From NCBI RefSeq assembly GCF_018977255.1, contig NW_024704742.1, positions 108,440,001 through 108,504,000 of the forward strand: a stretch of DNA of 64,000 nucleotides, read 5' to 3'. Position numbers and translations under genes: made by a program. The notes beneath the pieces were generated by a model. It was not told the origin of the DNA. It saw nothing but the letters and a program-made list of their open reading frames with translations, and ran no database searches. Below, one piece after another: positions 50,770-63,734 of this stretch. Origin of the DNA: Callorhinchus milii (lineage: Eukaryota). The first letter of the stretch is position 1. Each line of letters starts with the position of its first letter.

Positions 50770-51480
50770 CACCCTACCTTTTTCCCATTAAGGCATCAAG
50801 ATCACAAGATTGGTTCGTATAAAGAGGTTGTTTTGTACTGGTGTCTTGTTGCTTCTGTTCTGAGTTTATTTTCTCAATCCCTTTTAAAATCTTGTATATC
50901 TCTATAAGGACTACACTGAGACATCTTCTCTCAAGACTGAAGAGCTCTAGCTTGTCTAACCATTGCTCATAGACCATCCTTGTTGCTCTTTCTACACTGC
51001 CTCTAGGGTTTAGGCAGCTCCATTATGTTACAGTGACCAGAAATGTAAGCAGTGCTATACGTTTGGTCTGACCAGACCACTACACAGCTTGAGTGTGACA
51101 TCTGGGCATCTGAACTCAACTGATTTAGCAATGTAGTCCAGGTGTCTTGTTAGCCTTGTTTATTGCTGTCTCACGTTGTTTTGATATTGTGAGCAATGAG
51201 TCAGCTTCCCCTTTAGAAAGTACTATCCCATCCACAGAGTACATGTATTTTCTATTCTTATTTCCTGTATGCAGTACTTTGCATTTATCTGTATTGAACT
51301 TAATTTGACAGTCATCAGCCCATGTACAGTAGCTAACAAGCTTTCTTTGTAAGATCTTGTTGCCTCCGCCAACTTTGTGTCATCTGCAAATGTAATTATC
51401 TTACTGCTGGGTCTGCAAATCCAGGTCATTAATGCATACATGCGACAGGAGTGGTCCCAGTACAGATGCTGAGGCACCCC
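50770..51480 (-). mobile_element. Old CR1 fragment
   Basis: TFADDTKL; LELFSLERR..LIEIYKILKG. Confidence 0.78.
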
Positions 51481-54400
51481 ATTGCATTGAAAGTGCTAAT
51501 TATTGAAAGAACCAGTGGTGAGTGTGAGCCGTGAGACAATGTTCTGTTTTCCACATCTAGGATGTTGTTTGTTAATACGTTGAGTGTTGTTTGTGGTCAC
51601 GTTTCACAGGCAACAGCTGCTGGAGGCAGTTTTAAATATAGCCGCACCAAATGATTGAGGCTGGTGGTATTTCAACACTCTGCCATGCATGTGATTGTTG
51701 GTATTTGATTTCAATTTGACATTGGTGCCATCATGGTCATCTTAAGTCAGTTGAATTCAAGATGCTCATTTCTATAGTGATCATACTTCATAGCCTTCAA
51801 CTCCCAGCAGGTAAACAGCCAAAACAGCCCGGCTCTGCTGCTTGCATTTTCAAAATTAAGGCACCCAGACAGCGGCGATTCCATTTCAGTACTTTATTAC
51901 AACAGTGTAAATTGGCAGACGCATGACCCTGCACAGCAGACTCTTCATCGATTGGGTAAGATAGAGATACTAAACAGTTACTTTATCAGCACAAGAGACT
52001 GAAATTTCCCCAGCGCTTATACCCAGAGTTACTGGTAACACGTCTTTTATCAAACCTACATTTCAAATGCAGCCACACATCAACACAGTCAGAAAGACCC
52101 TTTTTGCTGGTGATAAACATTTCAATAGATCTGAGATATCAGGAAACACTTATCAAAAATATTTACTAAATCCCATTTCTGCATTACACTTTAATTTATG
52201 GGCGATGAAGTTTATCTTCCAAACCTCTTGCGTTTCCACTTGACTAAAGCATGGTCCAAAATATTTTTTTAATTAAATTGAATGACAGAAGATCCTTGAT
52301 TAAATCACTATGTGCAAATAAACAGTACCATTTACCAATATTTCCTCCATTTTATCCTCAATAGCTGCTCATATCTACACATCTCCCTCGCAGTTGTGAG
52401 AGTGGCTGAGTCCTCTGCAGACATGGCTAAAGCTTCCATTAATTGATTAAATTGGTTCAAGCAGTAGATGGCCGGTCTTGGCAGAGACATTTGTGTTTAG
52501 CTATATTTAAAACTGGAGCATTCCATCTAGTGGGCCAACCTGGAAATAAAATGAATTTGTACGTAAAGGATCCCAATATTGGTTTGGATGTAAAAGGCTC
52601 TTCGGTCCAAATGATCGCATTCCTCCAGAATACCCACCCTACCATCCTGCCATCACAGCATCAAGCTGCTTTTTAAAGAAATCCAGTGTTCTGGCCTCAA
52701 CTACCCTTTCTAGTGAACTGTTCCAGTAATTAATTACCCTTTGAATAAGGAAAAACTTCCTGGTGTCCGTCCTGAAATTGCCTTTCCCTCTACAACTCTT
52801 AACCCATGTCCTCTTGTTCTACTATCTTGATCCAGAGATTATGCACAACATATGATTTTACATTGGACAAAATTATAAGGAAAAGATCACTATTTTTATT
52901 GCTAGTCCCTGGAATTCCATTCAGCAGGTGTTTTAGTTGTGAGGCCACTTTGAGGAGGTAATGTTACACAACATGGCTTCATGCAATCTGTACTGCTGCA
53001 CAACCTTAACTGCAGGATCAGAGAGAAGTATAGATGAAGAATACCCTACTTACTTGATCTCATTTTGCCTGGGTACCCACTCTACAATATCCCCGTTAGA
53101 ACATCCAGCTATTCCTTAGAGGAGTTCAGGGCCCTGATCTCAACCACTCTTCCTGGTAGGGTGTTACTCTGTGTAAAGAAATACTTCTAGGTGTCCTTGC
53201 CAACATGGTAGCACTATTAAAACTTGAATTTCAAAAATATAAAACTCAGCTGATAGCGTTAATGGTAATAACATTACAGTAGACTCTTTAACAATAATAA
53301 AAATATCACTGAGAATCAAACATGGACCCCAAGACCTCTGTGGCTGTGTTTAAGAATTAAGAAACAGAACAGAATATTGGTAACATCAATTACATGTAAT
53401 TTCTTGTCTAAAATATCTCTCTTTCCTTTCATGTGACACAGGACCTGGTAAACATCTCAATGGTCACAGCAATATTTAGGGATTAGCATTAACATCATCC
53501 ATTGTAATTGTAATTATTACATCTTTGAAAAATTATGCTTAGTCACCTCCAGGCCAACAGTGCCCAAGATAAAATAGGTCACTCACTTCTTGATTGTTTG
53601 CAGGACATGGCTGTGTATAAATAGACTGCCAGGTTTGCCTACAAATATACAGCCATTCCATTTCACAGTAAACTGCAAAGCCTTTTGAGATGTATCAACA
53701 ATATGATAAGGTACTATATCAGATAGAAGGATTCTTATTCTTTCAGAGATCAGGAAGTGGTGAAGCATTTCACGATAGACAAAATATACAGGATCTGCTG
53801 AAAGAAGTGGACGATGGAACCAATGGCCTTTGTCTTCTCATTCCAGGTTTACCCACACTCAGGCAACGCACTCAGTATTTGGACAATTTGATCTCTGGCT
53901 TATGGTATGATGTGTATTTCTCAAGTATGTTAATGGCTCATTCTCAACCATTCAGAAACCTGAAGCACTTAAGCAAACAAAATACAATAACAATAATTTG
54001 CATTTATATAGCGGCTTTCACGCTGGGCAGCATCCTGGAGCACTTAAAATAGTAAGTTGGCTCTTCAGAATTAAGTCACACACTCTTTAGTTGAATCACA
54101 GTTGAAGTGTTTTTCTGCCCATGGGAACAAGCTGCGGGCATGATGCTCTTTGTACAAATTTAGTTCATTGTACATCCAAGTAAATCTGAGTCATTCAGGG
54201 CAGCCCCTGACAAGTAGCATAGCACACGACAAAAAGCAACAACTAAAACTGCAAACTCACAGCTTGTTCTAACTCATTCGAGCTTCACTTCAAAATCACA
54301 TAGAAAGCATGACTTAGCACACCAGTGTACATTTACAAGTTATCAGAATAACAGCGGGATCTAATTTGCAGTTTGCTTTCACAGGATTCCTTAACAATTG

Positions 54401-55294
54401 GAGTCATACAAATGGGATGTTATTATGGTAAATGGAAGTACGTCACACTGACCCATGGGAATTCTGCTCTGGTGCAATTTACTTCTGGGATGGAGTTCTC
54501 ACTGGGCAACAAGAACTAATTCTATAAAGAAATACTGCAAGTTAGACCCGGGTATTTATAACCTTGATATGGGGCATTGCACCACTTCAATTTTTGAAAC
54601 ACTAATCTTACCATTTGTGGGGCTGATTTTAAACAAGTTTGCAACTTTATCCACCATGAGTGGATAAAGTCCATTCAGGCTCATTCACAGAAACAGAAGG
54701 CATGTAATATTTCTGAACAGAATTCTTTATACTGTAAGAAATATACTTGGTGCAATTGGCTGCAGCGTTTTGTCCACAAAAATACAGCCAATTAACCTTA
54801 CAGTATATTCTGTGAAGCACTTTGAGATGTCTTGAAGGCGTGTTAACGAACTATATCAAATTAAATTATTATTATTGAATAAGATGAAGAATTATTGAAT
54901 TTCAGATGATTGAATGCATTCTTCAGCATGTTTGATAGCTTGGAGATTCAATTGAAACTTTTTAAATTAAGAAATCTGTTAAGAAAACCTGTTTGAAATG
55001 AAAGTTAATTGATAAAGTTTTTAAAATAACAAATGCTAACATTAGCATACACACGTGAGCCTGAACAGGGTGTGGATGTGACGTTTATAGCTCTGTTGCC
55101 CCACATCTAATAAATTACTGCATTATCCAATGCTTAATTTCTTTCCCTTGTTATTGTGCCTGATGACTTGTGGCCTCTGCATACTTTCATAATAATAAGT
55201 TAGTTTTGCCAACTCCATTATATTTACCAGTGTTGCAGCCTATACTGCGGGACTCCTGAAATGAAGGGAAATAAGATGTTACTGAGCAGTGGTA

Positions 55295-55447
55295 TTACTG
55301 TGGGATAGTAATATCCAATAGCCACGATCTGAGGACATCCAGATTCCGCTCCAGCCACCTAATGTTTTTCTGAATGGTTTCCAGGGCAAGCTGGGTACAC
55401 CTCAGCTGGGAGCTCTGCTCCTTGATAGATTCAAAGAACATTTTCAC
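55295..55447 (-). CDS. ERAP2: ERAP2-like final coding exon with stop
   Basis: tttcag|GTG..CAG TAA; VKMFFESIKEQSSQLRCTQLALETIQKNIRWLERNLDVLRSWLLDITIPQ*. ERAP2 rather than ERAP1 is called from diagnostic residues plus same-strand position upstream of LNPEP. Confidence 0.9.
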   Translation of the reverse strand: MKMFFESIKEQSSQLRCTQLALETIQKNIRWLERNLDVLRSWLLDITIPQ

Positions 55448-57006
55448 CTGAAACAGATGTATGCAGGTAAGGGTTTGGTTTACAGGATATACTTTACAAA
55501 TATAGCCTGGATATAATTAAACAATGTGCTTTGTAATGTGCTTTGCAGTCATAGGCTCTGGGTGTCTACCTTTTTGGTCATAGGTCTAACTCAGGCTAGA
55601 AAAGAGGAAATACAAGTTAAGTGGATGACTTTGTGTTTGCCCCTAATGCTTGTTGGTTTGATGAACCCTTTGTTGCTTTCACTGTGGGCTGGGATGTACT
55701 ATGGAAATGAAAGAGGTGCCAGCTTGTATCTACAACCCTGTGTTATGAATTACTAAGTTAATAAGTCCAGGATTACTGTGTGGAGTTCATACACCTAAAC
55801 ACAGTAATAGATTTTCCTGTGTGTCAGACACTTGTCTGGCCAAAAATGAACAGAGTAAATGCTTACAAGAAAGTTCTTAAAGGTTAAATGTTTCATTTTA
55901 CTCAGATAGTCTTCCCTCCTTAGAAGGCGCTGTAATGACAGGTTCAAAAAGAGGCTTTTCGGCCCATTGTGTCTGTGCTAGATCTCTGAACAAGCTATCC
56001 AGTAGGTCCCACTGCCCGGCCCTCTCCCCATACTCTTTTATATTTTTATATTTCAAATGTTTAGGGTGACGCTGAAAATTCCATGACACTATTTGAATAG
56101 ATTAGGGAATTTACTTTGGTGTCCTGGCCAACAATGATAAAAAATTGGTCATTCACACATGGCTATTTATAGGGCATTGCTATTTAAATGCAAATTGTTG
56201 TACTAATAGTGGGACTGAATGAGCAACAACAACCAGAGAAGGAATCAGCAGCATTGCTATGGTGCTTAATGGAATGCAACACTTAACATCTGAGGAACAG
56301 CTGAATAAGAAGTGCTGGCAAAGCTCTTCACTTCAGTAATTATCCTGTTATAGAGATCAGTTCTGATTCTGCCACTACAATTATATCTGTGATCACCACT
56401 CTAGGTAAACATAATACAATTGACTGACAGCTGAGAGGTAAGTGAGATGATTGTCGCAATCATTTTCAATCAACAGTCAAATATTCAGGCAGTTATGATG
56501 TGATTGTTGCACTCATAATAACTGAAGGCTCTATGGTTTAAATGTGTTGTACCTACAAGTAGTGGATGTCAGTGCTGGCAAATAGAACATTGTTTTTAGA
56601 TTGATTTGGATGAAGAAGGTCTATCAGCTCATTCAAACTCATCCCTCCAGTGACTTCATTGACCTGAGGCAAAACCGCTCTGAAGATGAGAGACAAGTGT
56701 GCTAACCCACAGTCATACTCAATCTCCTCACCCCAGTGTCAAAAGTCTGTGGTATATATAATACAATCACTTTAAGATATTAACCTCAATTTTGCAGTAT
56801 TTTTTGATTTAGAGGTACGAGTGAGCAACTGTTTCTGGTGGCAGGTCCGTCTCAGTGACCTGAGGGAAACCCCACTCTGAAAATAATCGGAGTCAACAAC
56901 TACCGGATTTCTTCATTAAAAATTCCCATCAAGAGATACCAGAAAATTATTATGGAGAGTGTTGTTTGTCTTTCATCATGTTTAAACAATAACTAAAGCC
57001 ACTAAC

Positions 57007-57088
57007 CTCCTCCAATTCTTCCTTAGATGAAAAGTGAGATGTCGTTCCAACGATAAGCCATCTGATAGTGAAGGAGCCAAGCTCAAAT
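57007..57088 (-). CDS. ERAP2: ERAP2-like penultimate exon
   Basis: ccacag|A..GAG|gttagt, 82 nt; FELGSFTIRWLIVGTTSHFSSKEELEE. Confidence 0.9.
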
Positions 57089-57402
57089 CTGTGGTGAGTA
57101 AGGACACTGTTAAACACCCTTCATACTGGAGATCACACTAGAGATCTATTATGGGAAACAATGAAGGATTCTGTCCAACGCACAAGATCATGAAAAGCCA
57201 CTCAGCTCAACAGATCATATCACAAGAGTATTTCAGTCTAGTTTCACTATGTGGAGATGAACACAGGTAGGTCAACCAATGCTCCTTCACTGAGCTGTAA
57301 CTGCTCCCATTGCAATTGTTCTCCACCTGACATTGAAACATTCAGTGTTGGTGTGTATAGAACCATAGAATTATAGCACAGAAGGAGGCCATTCGACCTA
57401 TT

Positions 57403-57672
57403 TGTGTGTGTGTCTGTAGGGGCTGTCTATGTGTGTGTGTAGGGGCTGTCTGTGTGGGTGGTAGGGGCTGTCTATGTGTGTGTGTGTGTAGGGTCTATCA
57501 ATGTGTGTGTCTGTGTGTGTGTGTAGTGGATGCCAATTCATGTGTGTATGGGCTGTTTATGTTTGTTTGTGTGTGTCTATATGTGCTTGTCTAGGTGTGT
57601 GTGTCTATGTGTGTGTGTATGTCTATGTATGTGTGGAGGGGCTGTCTATGTGTGTGTGTGTCTATGTGTGTG
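57403..57672. repeat. Imperfect (TG)n/GTGTAGGGGCTGTCTAT low-complexity repeat
   Basis: Directly visible; explains three spurious Cys/Val ORFs. Confidence 0.93.
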
Positions 57673-57862
57673 TTCTTTTCACACTTACATAAGTGTGATG
57701 AAAAAGAACTGAACACAGTACTCTAGCTGAGGTCTAACCAGTGTTTTATAAATTAAAATGTATTTCCACATTGTATTGCAATACATGTCATAAATGTCAC
57801 TGCCTGTGCTGCTCGAATACTACTGAAGGACACAAGGTCTGAATGATTAAAAAGGTACTGAC

Positions 57863-58003
57863 TTCTCAATCAGTTTGTTCCAATTCCTCTTCACAAAATT
57901 CCAGGCAAGGAGATGTCCGACTGGGTTTCTGCTCACTGCAGCAACAACATGGTCTAGATCCTGCAACTTGATGACATTCCCTTCCATACCAATCTCCAAC
58001 AAT
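57863..58003 (-). CDS. ERAP2: ERAP2-like exon
   Basis: ccccag|A..AA|gtcagt, 141 nt; LLEIGMEGNVIKLQDLDHVVAAVSRNPVGHLLAWNFVKRNWNKLIEK. Confidence 0.92.
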
Positions 58004-58811
58004 CTGGGGATATCAGAACAGAGAAGAACTGAGCATTAAGCACAAAATAAGCCTACGCCAGCCACAGGATGTGCTTCACACACAAGTTTGAACAGAAGGC
58101 CACGCAAGTCACACATTCCTTTGCTGGTACAGCTTCCCTGTTGTTCTGCTATTATATTTTTTTCTGAAGGAGAATACATTACTTTGTCCTATGTACAGAG
58201 TAATTAGCTTGTTCAGAAACCTAGTTATAAAATTCTACTTGATCGAAGGAAATCTGTAGCTTTTTGAAAGAACTGTTTTACAAACTTGGAACACATTCCG
58301 AAACAATGGAGAAATCTATGAAAATAAAAACAAGCTGTTAATTGCCTTTTAATCACATTCCAACACAATGAAATGAAACCTAACTGACATGAATAGCATC
58401 TAGTACCTTTTGGCTCCTCAATTTTTACAACAACAAAATTACATTTATAGAGCGCCTTTCACGTCGAGAGGACGTCCCAGGGCGCTCGACAGTCAGGGGT
58501 CAGGACCCGAGCATGGGGGAGGGGTGGTATAGGGGTGAGGGAAGGCAGAAAGGTGGGAGGGTGACCAAAGGCATGATCAAAGAGGAGGGACTGGCCTTGA
58601 AGGAGGCAAGGGAGGAAGTGAGGCGAAGGCACTGTGGGATGGAGTTCCAGAGTGTGGGGGGCAGAGAGGCTGAAAGCCCGGCCACCGATGATAGGGCGGG
58701 TCGGGCGGAAGACATGGAGCAGGCCGGAGCCCGCTGAACAGAAGGTGCGGGCAGGTTCGTAGGGAGTCAGCAGGTCAGAGAGATAGGTTTAATGTAAAAT
58801 AAACTCCTTAC

Positions 58812-58973
58812 CCTGACAGTTTCTCTGGATCCCTGGTGGCCGCCAAAGCATTAAGAATCTTAATCTTTTCAGCACCTGACAAGGACTGGATGTACTTCTT
58901 CAGGAGGTATTCCCATCCATCAGCACTCTGGGCTCCCACAGAATGCACAATCTCGAGAACATCTGTCGGCAAA
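58812..58973 (-). CDS. ERAP2: ERAP2-like exon
   Basis: tcacag|T..GG|gtaagg, 162 nt; LPTDVLEIVHSVGAQSADGWEYLLKKYIQSLSGAEKIKILNALAATRDPEKLS. Confidence 0.92.
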
Positions 58974-59596
58974 CTGTGATACCAAACAACAGCAAGTTGA
59001 ATAAATCGGGGTGTTAGTTTTCCACGTTAATAGTTTTCACTGCATACGGTGCTGTATGTATTTATATACTTATGGATGGATGTATATACGCTTGGGTGGA
59101 TGTATATAGGTACTTATGTAAGTACATATTTGAAGGTGAGTGAATAAGTGAACAGGCACGTTTGTGTTCATTAGTAAGATGTTCAGACTGGTAAATAAGC
59201 CATTACTTGGTGACATATTAATCAATAAAAGTACAACAGGCATGCATAAGTGGTTTTATTACCAAAACGTGCACTGCATGTAAGCTTTTGTACAAAGCAG
59301 AATTTCTTCTATAACAACTTGAACTTTGTACAGCCTTACACTCAGGATGAATACTTTTTTTTGGCAGCCGGAAACTTGCTTTTTGGTTTTGTGGAAATGC
59401 ATCACCATGCTTAAGAGTATCCAAACCAAACTGAGAATTGCATGCATCCCAACTACACATGGAAATTCCAGGAATAGATTGTTGGAATGGAATGTGCACT
59501 CTCACCCTGGATGGACGCATCCTGCTTACCTAATTACATATAGTATTAGGTACAGGTTGACATGAGCCAACGGCTTGGGGACCCCAGAGTGTGCAT

Positions 59597-59832
59597 TATA
59601 ATATAATAATAATTCTTGCATTTGATATAGCACTTTTCACGTCTTCTAGACGTCCCAAAGTGCTTCACAGAATATACTGTAAAGTGAATTGACTGTATAT
59701 TTGTGGGCGAACGCGGCAGCCAATTGCGCACAGCAGTGTCCCACAAACAGTCATGGATTGAAAATGACCAATTTATTATTGTTTTGTTTTTTGGAGGGAT
59801 TATTATTGGGCGTGTGGAGTAAGGAAACTTGC
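59597..59832 (-). mobile_element. 5'-truncated short-form SINE
   Basis: Body and tail only. Confidence 0.88.
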
Positions 59833-60161
59833 TGAATGATACAATGATGCAGCTAGAAGCTGATAGTATAGTACAATACTATAATGTTGGATAAGAATCA
59901 TCTCAAAACCTTGCAGTATGTATGTCAGAGCTGTGTCTGATATACTTCTGGGGGTTTAAGAAATTGGCCACCAGGTGTCTCAGTGGTTCAGTATAGAGAC
60001 TACTGCACACTGACACCCAGTGGTAGGAAATGGAATCACACCCACAACTGACACTGCAGTCTCCCATCTCAATCAAATGGAAGTCAGGACTTCCTCACAG
60101 GAAGGAATAGTAATGTAGTAACAGTGAGAAGCTGCTGCTGCTGCCCACTCCTCACATTTGT

Positions 60162-60490
60162 GGAGTCCTGTAGCTCAGTGGTTAGAGCATTCGCTTTGCA
60201 AGTGAGAGACCTGAGTTCAATTCCAGGCAGAGGGCGAAACCTTGGGCAAGTTTCCTTACTCCACACACCTAATAATAATCCCTCCAAAACCAAAAACAAT
60301 AATAAATTGGTCATTTTCAATCTACAACTGTTTGTGGGACATTGCTGTGCGCAATTGGCTGCCGCGTTCGCCCACAAATATACAGTCAATTCACTTTACA
60401 GTATATTCTGTGAAGCACTTTGGGACGTCCTCCCGACGTGAAAAGCGCTATATCAAATGCAAGGATTATTATTATTATTATCATTATTAT
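60162..60490 (+). mobile_element. tRNA-Ala-derived SINE, short form, full length
   Basis: Same head, body and tail. Confidence 0.92.
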
Positions 60491-60909
60491 CTGGTTCAGA
60501 GCAGCACTAGTGATGGGCTATTCCCAGGCTTCCCTTCCCAACTCTCAGCTTTTGACAAGTGTTGACAGGAGGATGGTCAAAGGAGATGTGAGAAAATAAC
60601 TTACAAAGAAAACTAAATTGGCCTCCATCCACTTGCAGTATTATGGTATCAGCACTAAATGTATAATTGACATAATTTTATACACCCACTAAAAAGACAA
60701 AATTAATCCAGAAAATTTGATAAAAAGTACCTATGAATGATTTTAAGATCACTATCAGGTTGATATATCAGCAATATGTTTTCAAACCTTGTTCTCATTG
60801 TATGTGACAATCTGAATCCATCAATAATAATAAACACTCAGGTATCCATTATTCTGGATCTAAATAACAGGAACCCCTCAATAAAACTGGCTGCTAATAA
60901 TTTCTAGGT

Positions 60910-61580
60910 ATTATAGAATCTTACAACACAGAAGGAGGCCATTCGGCGCATTGCGCCTGTGCTGGTTCTTTGAAAGAGGCATCAACCAGTCCCACTCCCC
61001 CGCTCTTACCCCATAGCCCTGCACATTTTTCCTTTTTGAGTAACTATCCAATTTCTTTTTGAAAGTTAATATTGAATCTGCTTCCACTGCCTTTCAGGCA
61101 GTGTATTCCAGACCATAGCAACTCTCTGGGTAAAAAAATTCTCCTGGTCTCCCCTCTGGTTCTTTTGCCAATTATCTTAAATCTGTGACTTCTGCCAGAG
61201 GAATCAATTTCCCTCAATCTCCTCTATCATAACTCCTGATAATTTTGAATACCTTATTAAACGTTTCGCCCACAAATATACAGTCAATTCACTTTACAGC
61301 ATTTTCTGTGAAGCGCTTTGAGACGTCTGGAAGATGTGAAAAGCATTATATCAAATGCAAGAATTATTATTATTATTATTATAAATCTCCCCTCGACCTT
61401 CACTGCTCTAAGGAGAATAATCCCAGCCTCTCTAGTCTCTCCACATAACTGAAGTCTCTCATTCCTGGTACCATTCTGGTAAATCTCTTTTGTACCCTAT
61501 CCAAGGCCCTGACTTGCTTTGTAAAGTGTGGTGCCAGAATTGGACACAATACTCAATCTGAGTCTTAACAATTTCTCTAT
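60910..61580 (-). mobile_element. CR1 3' fragment with nested SINE tail (61263-61382)
   Basis: Colinear with 35286-36030. Confidence 0.85.
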
Positions 61581-61744
61581 ATAAGACATCTCAGCCCCTC
61601 ATGAGATTATTGGCTTGTGATCACTCTCAAACAGCCTTTGTTGTCTATATAATATATCATCGATTACAAACTGAAGCCCAACCTGGTGATAGGGTGATAC
61701 TGGCAGCTGTCTGCATTTCACCACAAAGGAGAAGCTGAACTAAC

Positions 61745-61929
61745 CTGATGGTGCCATTGGAATTCTTCCACTTATTGAATAAATCTAAAGCCTTTTGGAG
61801 GCAGGGAGGGTACTGCAGGTCACAGGCCATCTCCAGGAGGTTGGTGCGCAGCAGACGCTCTGACAGGGAGCCATCGTCACTCCAGGACTGCTTGTCAATC
61901 AGGTGTTTGAAAAACTCCAGGATATATCT
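61745..61929 (-). CDS. ERAP2: ERAP2-like exon
   Basis: ttgcag|AGA..AG|gttaag, 185 nt; RYILEFFKHLIDKQSWSDDGSLSERLLRTNLLEMACDLQYPPCLQKALDLFNKWKNSNGTI. Confidence 0.92.
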
Positions 61930-62124
61930 CTGCAATATGATGGACATCACACAAAGAGTCAGCCTGGGATTGTCTTACTTTCAATCAAATGGTCAGGGTA
62001 CACAGTACAACTTGAATACAACCTTATCTGAAGGAAAAACACAAAGATTCCTTCTGTTAAAGATTCACACCTGAAAACAGCCCATTGTAGCCCCTTTGAC
62101 AGACATAATTGATTAATTTTGTGA

Positions 62125-62490
62125 ATTGTGAATCGCCTCTGAGTCAGAAATTGTGGGTTCAAGCCCCACAATGGGGCTTAGAATTCATATAATCTATGCT
62201 GACCTTCCAATGCAGTGTTGGGAAGGTACTGCATTGTTCAAGATGTTTGCCTGTTCAGGTGGATGTTAAAGATTTCTTTAATATCAAAATGAAAAGGAAG
62301 TTTCTCCATCAATAATCCCTCAAATAAAATTGGTCATTCACTTCATGCTTGTTTGCCAGACATTGCTGTGCACAAAATTGGCTGCTGCATTTGTCCAAAA
62401 AATACACAGTCGCTACTCTCTACGGTATATACTGTAAAGCACTTTGCGATGTCCTCGCAATGTGAAAGGCAAATGTAAGGATATTATTAT
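62125..62490 (+). mobile_element. Older Deu-domain SINE (SacSINE1/AmnSINE1-like)
   Basis: CCTCTGAGTCAGAA..GGGTTCAAGCCCCAC head, TGCAGTGTTGGGAAGGTACTGCATTG, TGTTCAGGTGGATGTTAAAGAT. Related copies at about 10735-10900(-), 18660-18900(-), 26570-26810(-), 28443-28720(-), 39595-39710(+), 41500-41830(-), 42570-42915(+). Confidence 0.7.
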
Positions 62491-62941
62491 CCTTAAATTA
62501 GTAAGTTATCATTTTATTATTACTTTTCTTGTGTTTGGCTTGGAATTCATTTGAACGGTTTGCTTTCAGCATGCTGGGCTGTATTTGGACAATTTGTCAC
62601 TATGGTGAATTGTCCATTGAATGTAAACGACTCAGTCTGCTTAACAAGGATCTTTTTGCTTTTATTTATACCACAACTATTGTGCCTTACCAAAAAATAT
62701 TTAAGGAGCTATTCTTTATCATGATTTTAAATAGCCAATCCTGCATCTCCCTATTCAAAAATACTTTACTTCTAAAATCGATTACCAGAACTCTCCTCAG
62801 CCCCAACAGGTGTGACTGGCAGCAGGAAATCCAATTCCTGCCAGCAGCAATATCACAGCAATGTCCAGCACTACACAACCAGGTAGAAGATTACAACCTC
62901 AGTCAACAAATGCAAGGTCGAGGTAAAGTGGAGATTGTTAC

Positions 62942-63098
62942 CTTCAGATTTGTTGCAACATCAGGGATATTCCTTTTCTCAACCAATTTGTAAAATACCT
63001 CCAGATAAGCCAGACCCTGTAACACTGGCATAGTTTTGTTCTCATGTCTCAGGTAACGGGTCAGGTCAAGAGCTCGATCAAGTGATAACTTTCCTGCA
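62942..63098 (-). CDS. ERAP2: ERAP2-like exon
   Basis: tttag|T..AAG|gtaaca, 157 nt; AGKLSLDRALDLTRYLRHENKTMPVLQGLAYLEVFYKLVEKRNIPDVATNLK. Confidence 0.92.
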
Positions 63099-63734
63099 CT
63101 AAAGAAAGCAAAAATAACACACAAATCAAGCTTTTCCACCTTCCCCCAATTCACTTTTATTTTATTTCCCCCCTATCTTTGTACCATCTTATCCAATGAA
63201 CCAGTCGCTGTTTGAAAAAAGGGATAGGTGAGCGATACCCACCCAAAATGATACCAATACTAGTGAGCATCTCCACTGCTATGTGCAGATCTCCTAAGAT
63301 AACCTAGCAACTGTGAGCAGATGTGAAAACATGTCTCTTTGACCAATTATCTTTCCCCTCTCCCCACACCCTTTGGCTCCCACCTGCATCTTGGGTGCCC
63401 ATCCAGCACTGTTAAGGGTTTTGAGACATCCTCCTAACAAAAATGTAGACTATATAGTAATTGTAATGTACCATCCTGAGTTACAGAGGTATTTAAGGTG
63501 CTATTGGCTAGGATAAACATTTGAAAAGGAATAATATCAAACCTATAAGAAAACAGCAAAGAATTGGAATAAAGAATTAATAGCTCTCAGTAGAATTGGA
63601 TTAAAGAAACTCAATGATCTCCCAGGTAGTCACTTCTATGAATCTAACACTTTGATTGGGAATGTATATTCACAGAATAAGGTGATATTGACTATCAGGT
63701 CAATAATGCTATTTATCTTGGCAATTCACAATAC

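Noticed and set aside
50000..52000. Repeat-poor intergenic stretches with a GT donor-like site near 51956
   Set aside because: No credible reading frame or recognisable RNA; cannot be supported without conservation or expression data.
60084..60565. Recurrent ORFs such as [34 protein letters not shown]
   Set aside because: Chance translations of the SINE, repeated at each copy.
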